Origin: Histomonas meleagridis 2922-C6/04-290x
Lineage: Eukaryota > Protista > Parabasalia
Direction: 5' to 3'
Assembly (NCBI GenBank): GCA_020184695.1
Contig: JAANOX010000007.1
Location: 62,001 to 126,000 of the forward strand
Length of the DNA stretch: 64,000 bases
Under the pieces are notes generated by a model, which made no database searches, was not told the origin of the DNA, and was given only the letters and a program-made list of their open reading frames with translations. The position numbers were made by a program, and so were the translations under genes. Positions 24,256 to 35,137 of the stretch are shown here, piece after piece (the first letter of the stretch is position 1; every line of letters starts with the position of its first letter).

Positions 24256-25418
24256 TTACCAAATCGTGCATTCAGGGGTCATATTAAGTTTTTCCTGATA
24301 GAAATTCATCTTTTCTTCGGAAGGTGCCACTCCAAAATCGCCTTCTGAATACACTCTTATTAATTCTATCAAAGCGAATCGATCATTCTGCTTTGCGCCA
24401 TTTTTCCAAAAATTTCCAAAAATTCGTTCATTATTTGGTGGGTTTTCATTTCTTCATCTTGTGAATAAAGTACACCTAAATTATAAATTGCATTTAAATG
24501 TCCTTTTTTAGCAGCAGCTTCATAATACTCGGATGCTTTATTTAAATCCTTTTCGACTCCTTTTCCATAATGATACATAACACCTAAATTAGTTAATGCT
24601 TGAACATGGTTATTACTTGCTGCTTTTTGCTTTTCGGATTACGTGGCACAAAATGTCCTGGTGTATTAACTAATAAATTTGCTAAGTTATACATTGAACG
24701 TGTATGATTTTTTAAGATTGCTTCTTCATAACATTCAACAGACCTTTGAATAAGACTCGTGTTCTTCCCAATATATTCATAATATTCTCCTAATGAACAT
24801 AATGCATCAGGATTCTTAGTTTTGGCTGATTCAACTAAAATTCTTCCACATTTCCCTAAATCTGGTGGAATCTCTTTAACCATCGCGATAAAGCATCGCA
24901 AGTCTTATTGTGCAATTAAAATACCCTTTTTCTGATCCTGTTTCTAATAATTCAATTGCTTTTTGACAATCATAGGGAACATTTTCTCCACTTAAATATT
25001 GTAATGCAAGATTATATATAGAATGAGCAAAACCCTTTTGTGCTGATGTTTCGAGTAACTCAATACCACGTGGAATATTTTTTGGAACCCCATTACCTAC
25101 AATATAAATCATCGCTAAATTAAACATAGCTGTAAGATCGTCATTTAAGACACATTTCTCATATAAGTTGACGGCTTTTGGGATATCAATTGGATTACCT
25201 CCCAAACCGATATGATAAATTTGTGCAAGATTAAATGATGCATCATTTATTCCTGCATCAGACCCTTTTTGGAAATATTCAATCGCTTTATTGATATCAT
25301 GTTCAATACCTTCTCCTCTTAAGAACAAATTACCAAGATCCATATATATTTGTGGATTTTCTTTTGCTTGTTCTTCAATTTGGGATAAGTTCTCTTTAAT
25401 TTTGGAAAAATCAGTCAT
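24256..25418 (-). CDS. Sel1-like repeat protein, split by at least three frameshifts
   Basis: Repeated A.FNLA.IY..G.GV..D..KA..YY motifs across ORFs 24876-25418, 24593-24901 and 24369-24578; a further frame ends at TAA 24256-24258. Confidence 0.8.
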
Positions 25419-25556
25419 AAAATTTTGTTTGGCAAATCTTTTTTTATTGAATAGTTTACATATAGGATTTCAGAATGTTGTGTGATGTGATGTTTGAATT
25501 GCTTCAAAATTTACCCAAACCGTTAAAAACAATGAAAAAGCCGATACATATCGTGA

Positions 25557-27579
25557 GTGAAGACAAACCATAAAAAAGTGAAGAAGCAAAAACAATTAAA
25601 TGATATCGAAATTCATCAATCAATCATGCAAACCCTCTTTAGGTTGGCTAAAACAAATATTATAGAATCAGCAAATTCAATAATTGACATTTATGATGAA
25701 AATCATCCTATTTCATTCAATTTTATATTAGTCCAAACAATATATACAATTTCCATGTTCAGAATGAATGACTTTGATATTTATTCAAACTTTTTAAAAC
25801 AAATTGAAATATTTGAAGAAAACAACAAAATTAAATCAAAAATTTTTGATGTATTTGAAGGTATACTTCTTTCTAAATATTCAGAAGAATCAAAGTATAT
25901 TCTTTATTATCTTTTTGAAAATAAATTTCTTCAGAGTCCAAAGGTTGATTATAAAAGAACCAATGAATGTTTTGCACACCACATGACGCAAGAAGAAATT
26001 AATGAATATTATTGCTATGGAATTAAACAGTATATAAAAAAACATTATGAAGAACTTTCAAAGAATGATTGGGAACTTCATAAGAAATATATTGAAGAAG
26101 GACATAATCCAAATGAAATAACAAAAATAATTCGAAACGATGAAATTGAAAAACTTCAAGAAATATCATCACAAAATGATTTTGATTTTAATCAAATAAT
26201 TGAACCATCAGTTTATGAAAGATGTGATTTTATTAATCAATATCGGATTACATTAATTGAATATGCAGCATTTTTTTCTTCAATTAAATGTTTTAAATAT
26301 TTACTTATGAATGGTGCAAATGTAGAAAACACAGGTAAATATGCAATTGCAGGTGGAAACATTGAAATTATTCATTTATGTGAACAAAATCATTCATCAT
26401 TTAAAAATGCATATGAAACAGCAATTAAATTTCATCGAAATGATATCTTTAAATATCTTTATGAAAACAAATTAGAAGATATCAAAAATTTGGGATTTTT
26501 AGGAAAGAAATGTATCAAATGGAACAACTATGAACTCTTTACATATTTGCAAAAAGAAGGAATGGAGATTAACGATGATATTATTAATGCAGCTGCAAGA
26601 ATTGGAAATATATATCTCACAAAATATTTTATGAAAGAGCATCACACGCCAAAAGATATTTTAGGTTATTCATCTAAATCAGGAAATATTGAACTTGTAA
26701 AATACATTTTAGATCAAGAAGGAACTGATATTAATGCTGAAGATATTCATTTGTTTTAATTGAAATTTAATTTAATAATTTGATATTTCAAAATACTATT
26801 TGGAAATTATTTAAAATATTTGAAACAGCACTTATGAAAGCATCTGTTAAAGGTCATACAGAAATAGTTAAATATCTTCTTGAACAAAAAGGAATTGATA
26901 TTAATGCTAAAAATATTTTTTTATTTTATTTGAAATTTATTTTAATAATTTTCGATTTTAAAATAATATTTGGAAATTATTTAAATTAAATAGTTCAGCA
27001 CTTATTTTTGCATCTTGGAATAGTCATGTAGAAATAGTTAAATTACTTCTTGAACAAAAAGGAATTGATATTAATGTTCAAAATCTTTAGCTGTTTTGTT
27101 TGATATTTGTTTTGATAATTTGGAATTTCAAAATAATATTTGGAAATTATTATAATGATTTTATACAGCACTTATTTGGGCATCTTCAACTGGTTGTACA
27201 GAAATAGTTAAATTACTTCTTGAACAAAAAGGAATTGATATTAATGCAAAAGGTATTTATTTGTTTTATTTAGAATTTATTTTAATAATTTAAAATTTCA
27301 AAATAATATTTGGAAATTATTTAAATTATTTTGGACAGCACTTATGTTAGCATCTTATTATGGTCATACAGAAATAGTTAAGTTACTTCTTGAACAAGAA
27401 GGAATTGATATTAATGCTAAAGATATTTATTTGTTTTATTTAGAATTTCTTTGAATAATTTAATATTTCAAAATAATATTTGGAAATCATTTAAACTATT
27501 TGATACAGCACTTATATTAGCATCTTATAATGGTTATACAGAAATAGTTAAATTACTAAATGAAAAAGGAGATAATTAA
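25557..27579 (+). CDS. DUF3447-ankyrin gene, locus C (5 interrupted modules); cleanest copy, about 560 aa after removing 17-nt elements
   Basis: The 400-aa ORF runs to INAED at 26744; modules at 26825, 26995, 27165, 27335 and 27505 (exact 170-nt period), all open; ends KLLNEKGDN* at 27579. Start codon uncertain (first ATG at 25626). Confidence 0.85.
26745..27579 (+). repeat. Ankyrin module array with 4 x [17 nt + codon] spacers (locus C)
   Basis: Five 80-nt spacers; decoded linkers DEDGETAL, NESGSSAL, NDGGYTAL, GRKGWTAL, DRNGDTAL. Confidence 0.93.
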
Positions 27580-27799
27580 AAGAAATTGCTATAAAACGCG
27601 ATCCCAATAAAGTGATGACAAAGTGGGCAATCTAATTAGATTTGTTTCAAACACACGAGGATAATTTAGATTTGAAGAAAAAGAAAATAATCATCAAATA
27701 AAAAATTTTGAAAAATATGTTTTATAGGAAATTTGTATCATCAATCAATAATGAAAATGAAGTCTTTTTATTACACTTTTTGATAATCAATTAAATTAT

Positions 27800-28783
27800 T
27801 TACAAATGAATTTCATTAAATTCGTCAGTCCATCCTAAAGCATCAATTATTTGTTTGCATATTTCTTCGCAATCGCCCTGAAGGAAAATATCTCTTCGAT
27901 TTGTAACATGACCGAACTTAAACAGTTCTTTATGACTATTCTCAGCTAAATCGACCAAAACATTTCGTCTTTCGTCGACGCTGACTTTTTCTTCATATGT
28001 CGCAACAGGTTCTTTATTAATCAAAACTCGAAGACAATCTTTTCGACAATATCCAGGAAGTAATGAGCATGGAGTAACTTTCAGTGACGTACCAATAACA
28101 ATAAGAAGGTCCGCAGATGCAAAGTCATTTGGATAAAGATGATAAAATCGCTTTGGAAGTGATTCACCAAATAATACGGAATCAGGTTTAACAACCCCTA
28201 TCCCACATTTTTTGCAATAAACAACTTTGCCTGTCTTGAACTCTTCGAGGTAATCTTCGTGTTTAGATTTATCGCCACAATTTCGACATGTATTGGTGGA
28301 ATAAGTTCCATGACATTCAACTAATTTATCTTCAGAAACTCCTGCTTTCCGATCGAGGCCATCTACATTTTGCGTGTAAAGTCGTAAAAGAAGATCATGC
28401 CTGTCAAATAATGTTGCCATGTAATGTGGTGCAACGGGTTTAAAGTCTCCACTAAGAAAAGGTTGCTTAATTTCAAAAAACGGTGCTGGATTATTGTCAA
28501 AATAATCAATAGAGAATGGTGCTTCGGGATATGGCAAATTATATTTTTCAAGATTTGAATAAACGCCTGTGCCAGGTGACCTAAAGTCAGGGATTCCTGC
28601 GGCAACAGAAGCACCAGCGCCTGTTAGAAAAACAGTATTTTGAGCAAATCCATTTTTGATATAAGAAATAAGACCATCAAAATCTAACGAACTCAACCCT
28701 TTGATAAGTTTTGGTTTCATTGGGTGAGTCATTTTTGGAGAGACTTTGGTGTAATTAAACATGAATGTTTGCTTTGTTACCAA
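27800..28783 (-). CDS. Sir2-family NAD-dependent deacylase (SIRT2/Hst2-like)
   Basis: GAGASVAAGIPDFRSP, TQNVDGL, HG, two CxxC zinc motifs, VIGTSLKV.P. Confidence 0.95.
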   Translation of the reverse strand: MVTKQTFMFNYTKVSPKMTHPMKPKLIKGLSSLDFDGLISYIKNGFAQNTVFLTGAGASVAAGIPDFRSPGTGVYSNLEKYNLPYPEAPFSIDYFDNNPAPFFEIKQPFLSGDFKPVAPHYMATLFDRHDLLLRLYTQNVDGLDRKAGVSEDKLVECHGTYSTNTCRNCGDKSKHEDYLEEFKTGKVVYCKKCGIGVVKPDSVLFGESLPKRFYHLYPNDFASADLLIVIGTSLKVTPCSLLPGYCRKDCLRVLINKEPVATYEEKVSVDERRNVLVDLAENSHKELFKFGHVTNRRDIFLQGDCEEICKQIIDALGWTDEFNEIHL

Positions 28784-29112
28784 AGATATAAAAATCGGTT
28801 ATTTTGTATGGAAATTATTCGGCGTTTCTAAACTTTTGATCATTTCGTGTATGAGAAGTATACAAGTGTTTAATACTCATGAATATTTTGTGTTATATGT
28901 ACAATAAGTAATAAAGATAGTAAATATTATTTATTTGTTAGCAAAATACAACTTCATGTAATTCTGAATATATCATTAGACTATAAGAAGATATAATAAT
29001 AATTCAGAACATTTAAATTAAATCAATCTGATTAGACATGTCTAAAGCGAAAAAGAAAATTTTATTTCAACGGCAAAAAATTATATTTTATTCACCTGAA
29101 ACATTTTTTTTG

Positions 29113-30213
29113 ATGTCGTTTCTTTTTAATCGTCTCGAAAAAGAAATAACCAACGAAAAGAAGCCTATTCCCGATCTCCACGGTGTTCCATTTGGTTCAA
29201 TTTTCACTGATCATATGCTCATTGCCACATACGACCACGAGTGGAAATCAATAAAAATAGTACCATTTTCAAACATTTCTTTACCTCCGCAAGCTTCAAT
29301 TTTCCACTATGGCACTGGAATCTTTGAGGGTCTAAAAGCGTTTCGTGATTTGCAAGGCAAAGTCCGTCTTTTCCGACCTGACATGAATTGCGTTCGCTTT
29401 GCTAACAGCGCGAAACGAATGGCTCTTCCAGCGCCTGATCCTGACGAATTAATGAAGTGCATTATTGAACTTGTGCGCGTTGATGAACGTTGGGTTCCAT
29501 ATGAAGAAGGATACTCGCTTTACATTCGCCCAACAATGATTGGGACAACGCCATCACTTGGACTGAAGAAATGCGACCAATGCCTTCTGTACATCATCTT
29601 ATCTCCTGTCGGGCATTATTACACAACAGGTTTCAAGCCAATTTCGCTCTGGGCATGCAATGAGTATTGTCGCGCTTGGCCAGGAGGTACAGGTAACTTC
29701 AAAGTCGCACCAAACTATGGTATAACTGTTATGCCTGGAGAAATTGCGCATGAAAAGAATTGCCAGCAAGTGCTTTGGTTGTATGGGAAAGAAGAATATA
29801 TTACAGAAGTCGGATCGATGAACATTATGGGAGTTTGGATAAACGAAAATGGTGAAAAGGAACTCGTAACAGCACCGGTTTCGAAACATCTCATTCTTCC
29901 AGGTGTTACAAGGGATTCAGTTCTGGAGTTGGCGCGTATGGAAAAGGACATAAAAGTTAGCGAAGAAGAATGGAAAATAGGTGACTTAATTAAGGCGCTA
30001 AATGAAAAGAGAGTACTTGAAGTATTTGGTACTGGAACTGCTGCAATTATTTCACCTGTAAATAAGATTATCTATAACGATAAATGTTATGATATCCCAG
30101 TGGATTTGGATAATCCAAATGCAACAATTGGGCCATTTGCTCATATGATTTATGATAAACTTCGCAACATACAATATGGTGTTGTGAATCATAAATGGTC
30201 TGTGCTTATTTAA
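29113..30213 (+). CDS. Branched-chain amino acid aminotransferase (class IV PLP enzyme)
   Basis: FHYGTGIFEGLKA, LYIRPTMIG, GGTGNFKVAPNYG, ITEVGSMNI, ILPGVTRDS, EVFGTGTAAIISPV. Likely start MSFLF at 29113. Confidence 0.95.
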   Translation: MSFLFNRLEKEITNEKKPIPDLHGVPFGSIFTDHMLIATYDHEWKSIKIVPFSNISLPPQASIFHYGTGIFEGLKAFRDLQGKVRLFRPDMNCVRFANSAKRMALPAPDPDELMKCIIELVRVDERWVPYEEGYSLYIRPTMIGTTPSLGLKKCDQCLLYIILSPVGHYYTTGFKPISLWACNEYCRAWPGGTGNFKVAPNYGITVMPGEIAHEKNCQQVLWLYGKEEYITEVGSMNIMGVWINENGEKELVTAPVSKHLILPGVTRDSVLELARMEKDIKVSEEEWKIGDLIKALNEKRVLEVFGTGTAAIISPVNKIIYNDKCYDIPVDLDNPNATIGPFAHMIYDKLRNIQYGVVNHKWSVLI

Positions 30214-30501
30214 ATAATTAAGTTTACTAGAATAAGAAGAGTAAAACTCGTTTTGAGCACTGTAAAATTGAATTGTTTATGATCGTTTCATTGTTTTTGA
30301 AAACATGAAGTGACTTAACGTTCCCCATATTTAAAACAAATTTATCTTTATTCCAAATATGTTATTTGAGTTTATACAAAATATTTGCATCAACATACAT
30401 TACATATTGTTATATTCATATTTATATCGAATTTTATAGGACAAATGATAAGAAATTTGGATTTTTTGTTTAAAGCGTCAGTTTTTTACTTCACCTAAGC
30501 C

Positions 30502-30553
30502 ATTTCTATTTGAAATCAAAAATGCCAGATTTCTATCTGAAATCAAAAATGCC
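30502..30553 (+). repeat. Direct repeat of a 25-mer (27-nt period) just upstream of ankyrin locus D
   Basis: ATTTCTAT(T/C)TGAAATCAAAAATGCC at 30502 and 30529. Confidence 0.8.
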
Positions 30554-30582
30554 TTTTTAGTGAATTCACTAAAATACTTTTT

Positions 30583-32444
30583 ATGGATATTCCTCCGCCA
30601 CCACCACCACCAAGCCCATTAGTTTTACAGCTTGTTCCTGATGAAGCGATTAAAATTGAAAAGTTGTTTTTAGAATTAAATGAAAATAATCTCGAAATAA
30701 TTTCTCACAAAGTTTCAAAAGTATTAGAAGTTCAGCCAAAATGTTCTCTACTTTATGAGTTTTATATCACACAGTGTATTTATATGTCTTATTCTACACA
30801 AAATAAAGATGCAAGTCTATACATTTTATTTTTAAATTTGTTATCAAACACAAAAAATTTAAGTTTTTCAAAATTGCTTAATGTGTTAACTATTTATCTT
30901 TACCAAATAAAGACAAATGAATCAGAATGTCTTCTTAACGAAATGAACAAACAAAAAATGATACCTTCAAATCTTTTTTATTATGTGAAAAGAATTGTAA
31001 ATAAAGAAAACCAAGAAAATCAAAAAGAAAATCATATATTGGAGATTCTTCGAAATGATAATATTGAAGAATTACAAGAAATGTCAGCACAAAATAAATT
31101 TGATTTTAATCAAACAATTGAACCATCACCTTCTGAAAAAAGTTCATTTGTTAATCATAAAAATGTTTCATTAATTGATTATGCAGCATTTTTTAAATCA
31201 ATTAAATGTTTTAAGTTTTTATTAATTAATGGATCAAATGTTGAAAATACATTAAAATATGCAATTGCAGGCGGAAATTTAGAAATTATCCATTTATGCA
31301 TACAAAATAATTCGACAATTAGCAATGTATTAGAAACAGCAATTCAATTTCATCGAAATGACGTTTTTTATTATTTTTATGATGAAAGAAACCAAAGATT
31401 TGTAGAAAGAAAATACTTCATCATTGATAAAGATTTAAATAAATTAGGAATACAATGTTTAAAATACATCAACTATGAAATTTTATCGTTTCTAGCGAAA
31501 GAAGGTTTATCAAAATTAAGTCTTTCACTTCAAGCTGCAGTAATAAGTTTTAATAATCTTCCATTTATACATTTATTTTTTGAAGGAAAACTTATCAAAA
31601 ACGAACTTTTTTTTGATCTGCTTAATAATGGAAACCCTATAGTAGTAAAATGGCTTATTAAACAAAAAGGAATTAAGATTGAAAATGAAGATGTTAAATT
31701 ATATGATTGTATGTGATTAATATTTATTTGAAATTTTTCTGAATTTTTTGAAAAAACATTTTTTTGGGCATCAAAGAATAATCATGTACAATTATTTAAA
31801 CACTTTTTAAAACATGGAATTGATATTAATGCTAAAGATATTCATTTGTTTAGTTTGAAATTTAAACTAATCATTTGATATTTCAACATAATATTTGGAA
31901 ATTGTTTTAATTAGATGATACAGCACTTATTTTCGCATCTGAAAATGGTGAAATAGAAATAGTTAAATTACTTCTTGAACAAGAAGGACTCAATATTAAT
32001 GCTAAAGATATTCATTTGTTTTATTTGATATTTATTTTAATAATTTCTTGTTTCAAAATAATATTTCTAGATCATGTGTAATATTTCAAACAGCGCTTAT
32101 GAAGGCATCTATAAGTGGTAATTTAGAAGTAGTTAAATTACTTCTTGAACAAGAAGGAATTGATATTAATGCTAAAGATATTTATTTGTTTTATTTAGAA
32201 TTTGTTTTGATAATTTAATATTTCAAAATAATATTTGGAAATTATTTAAATTATTTAAAACAGCACTCATTTTAGCATCTCAAAATGGTCATACAGAAAT
32301 AGCTAAATTACTTCTTGAACAAAAAGGAATTAAGATTAGTGCTCAAGATATTTATTTATCTTGTTTATATTTATACTAAACAGTCTTTAGTAAAGATATT
32401 TTTCTTTTGAATTGTTTAATAAGCTTTATCATTTAATTATTTAA
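30583..32444 (+). CDS. DUF3447-ankyrin gene, locus D (4 interrupted modules)
   Basis: 377-aa ORF with poly-Pro N-terminus and DUF3447 core; modules at 31753, 31920, 32090 and 32260. Decoding the last, diverged spacer gives DILLYHLII* ending at 32444 (end uncertain). Confidence 0.7.
31693..32444 (+). repeat. Ankyrin module array with [17 nt + codon] spacers (locus D)
   Basis: Spacers of 60, 80, 80, 80 and 80 nt; decoded DYEEKTFF, DEDGDTAL, DDLLQTAL, DRNGKTAL. Confidence 0.85.
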
Positions 32445-33026
32445 AAATTCAAATATATCGAATAACTTAAGAGAAGGCTCCCTGCTTCAAGTGTTCTATT
32501 ATGCTACCAATTTATTATCATTTATCAATTTTTTTTTGTTATTTTAAAGAAACGAATGATCATGTGTAGTTTGATATAATCATTGATATGATTTTTTAAA
32601 AAATAAAAAAAAAATAATGAAAAATAATATATTTTATAAAAAAAAATGCATGTAAAAATTATAGTTTTCAAAAATAATAGAAAATATTACAAACATGAGG
32701 TGAGCTGGTCGTTATTAGATGCAAAATACGCTCCTGTTAGCGATGTTCTTGCCAACAGCTTTGATAATACATACTTAGTGCCTAGGACGCATTCAGCAGA
32801 TGTTTAGTTGAATTTGTCCACACATAAATAAAAAGGTATTACACACTTTTACTAATCGTTAACCTCCTGAAAAATGCTGTATTTCGTTCAGATGTTTATG
32901 TTTTTTTGATTTCTTTTGTACTGTTCTCAAACCCAAACAATAATTACAATTCCGAAATGATTCATTCACTGCATAAAAAAATGATTTTTATTAATAAAAA
33001 TACCATTCCAAACAGAGAAAACGCGC

Positions 33027-34859
33027 TCACTCATTATCCTTCCCATACATTTCCATATTTTCTTTCAGCTTATCCTCAATGTCAGCGAATATTTTCATTC
33101 CTCGTTCGCTGAACACATATACCTCAGTCAGCAGCGGGTACACGAGTGAGCATAGTCTGCATGAAGTGCCTTCGCCCATCACTGCATCCGCAAGCGCTTC
33201 GGTGAAGTCGTCGTAGAGGCTCTGTATGTTCGGATCTATCACTGGATCGGGGTTTTCGTACTTCTCGCAGTGCAAACTGTCGATTTCCAAATGCCTCAAA
33301 CTTGTGTTCTCGTGTAACGATTCGACAATTTCTTTGGCGTCAACTGGAGTGATATAGCCCGTCATCCGTAAGTCCTCGAGAACACATTCTTGCGTTCGTA
33401 AGAGTGATGCGATGCTACTAAAAAATTGATGATGTTGATCTTCATTTAATTGATGTGTTTCAAATGAGAGAGAAATGTTCTTAAGAGGGAGAAGTGGAAG
33501 AGAGAAAATGCGGTCATAGCCTGAATCTGTGATTTTTGTTTCATAAAGATTAATTGATTCAAGTTGCGATTGAGAGATATATTGAAGAAGATATTCGACG
33601 GATTCATCAGTAATGCCATTATTATCACTTAAATCGATGCTCTTAAGGTTATGGCCGTCGATGCTGTTGATGATTTTGGATAAAATTTCATCGTCAATTT
33701 GACACTGACTCAAATTCAAAATTTCAATTTGACGGTTATTTGATGCGGTGGTGTGATTGATGATGTGGCCGATGAAGAACGCGTTGTGCACTGTGATGCT
33801 ATCGCGCCATTGCATAATGGTATCTGGACTTTCATACGTGGATTCAGGAAAATGATATATCCAACAATCATTAGTTCGACCAAAATCTTTAAAACTAATT
33901 GTTAAAGGTTCTTGGCGAAGTCTTTCAAGAGTTGACTTGACTTTATAAAGTTGATCTAGATTCATAAAGCCAAGTCGAAGATCTTCTATCGTTTGGAATT
34001 CTGATAAAGATGATAAAAAGATATCAAAATATGTTGTCCATAAGGTATCAGGAACTTCGGGTCAAGAGATTGGAATAGGTTGGAAATTAAGGCTTTCCAA
34101 GATAAGAGTTCTTAATTTTGTTTTTGGAAGTGACGAAATAAAAGTTGGAAAATCTTTTTCAGAAACTTTACATCCACTGATACTAATGGCTTGTATGTTA
34201 TCAAAATCTACCAACAAGCTAGTGAGGTTTTTTAAGTCAACCACGTTATAACTTAAATCTAATGCAGTGATAGTACTACCTCGAACAGCTTTAATGATAT
34301 TATTTGTCCCTTCACTCCATATTTCATTGTCAGCGATACTGAGTAAGGTTAAGTTTGATGCTGGTATAATATTTGCAACTTCTGTTGCCCCATAATCAAA
34401 TAAAGAATTTGACTCTAACCGTAAATCGGTTATTTTTGAATCCTTTGAAATTCCTTTTACAATTGAAATGCACCCTTTTGATGAAATGTCGCATCCACAC
34501 AAGCTTAAGAGTTGAAGAGGTGGATTTTTCTGTAATGACTCACCAAGCTTTTGACAACTTTCGTCGTAAAAAATATTATCATCTGCATAAAATTCAAGAA
34601 TTGATGAATCTCCAAGAGCTTCAAAAATTATATCAGAAGAGCGCCTAACTAAATGGGTTTCTGTAAGATTTAAGTAAAGTAAAGTCTTGCTCTCTATCAT
34701 TAAGTTTGATAAAAGTTCTGCTGATTCATAATTAACATGATTTGTAGAAAGATTAATTAAAACTAGATTCGGATTTAGGCTTTTTTGAATTCGCTCAAAT
34801 GTGACTGCTGCCCAAAATGATTGGTTTGAAAGATCAAATTCTTGGGAAGTAATTTCCAT
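33027..34859 (-). CDS. RNI-like leucine-rich repeat protein with one in-frame TGA (34062-34064)
   Basis: LxxLxLxxNxI repeats in both ORF pieces; the frame continues through TGA (PIS*PEVP), 96 nt to the ATG at 33965. Confidence 0.8.
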
Positions 34860-35137
34860 TCTTCCGAATAGAACAAACTTTGTCAGCCCATAAAAGAACG
34901 TTTATTCTGCACACAATTAATAAGTACGTTAACGATTTTGCTCATTAAACTATTTCATTCTTCATAAAACTAAAATTAAACCCTTTTTCTCATTCATTTC
35001 CCAATGTTTTTCAACAATAAAACGCATTTCTGATCAATGAACCCAAAACAAATCATCAAATTGATATTATGAAATTTTATTCAAATTCAAAGAAAACAAA
35101 TTCTAGGGTTTGTACTACTATAATTTATTGAACATTA

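Noticed and set aside
26745-26824. A single 68-nt intron per repeat (canonical, or U12 AT-AC)
   Set aside because: There are no GT-AG or usable AT-AC ends, and any single cut gives linkers without the conserved Gly (e.g. DIYFKTAL). The four-block parse gives DxxGxT and also explains the 63-, 60- and 40-nt spacers.
32200-32260. Conserved RNA hairpin (AATAATTT..AAATTATT; TTTCAAA..TTTGGAAA) as the defining signal
   Set aside because: It is present in the young consensus but not maintained in divergent locus F, and such pairing is easy in very AT-rich DNA. It may assist but is not the invariant feature.
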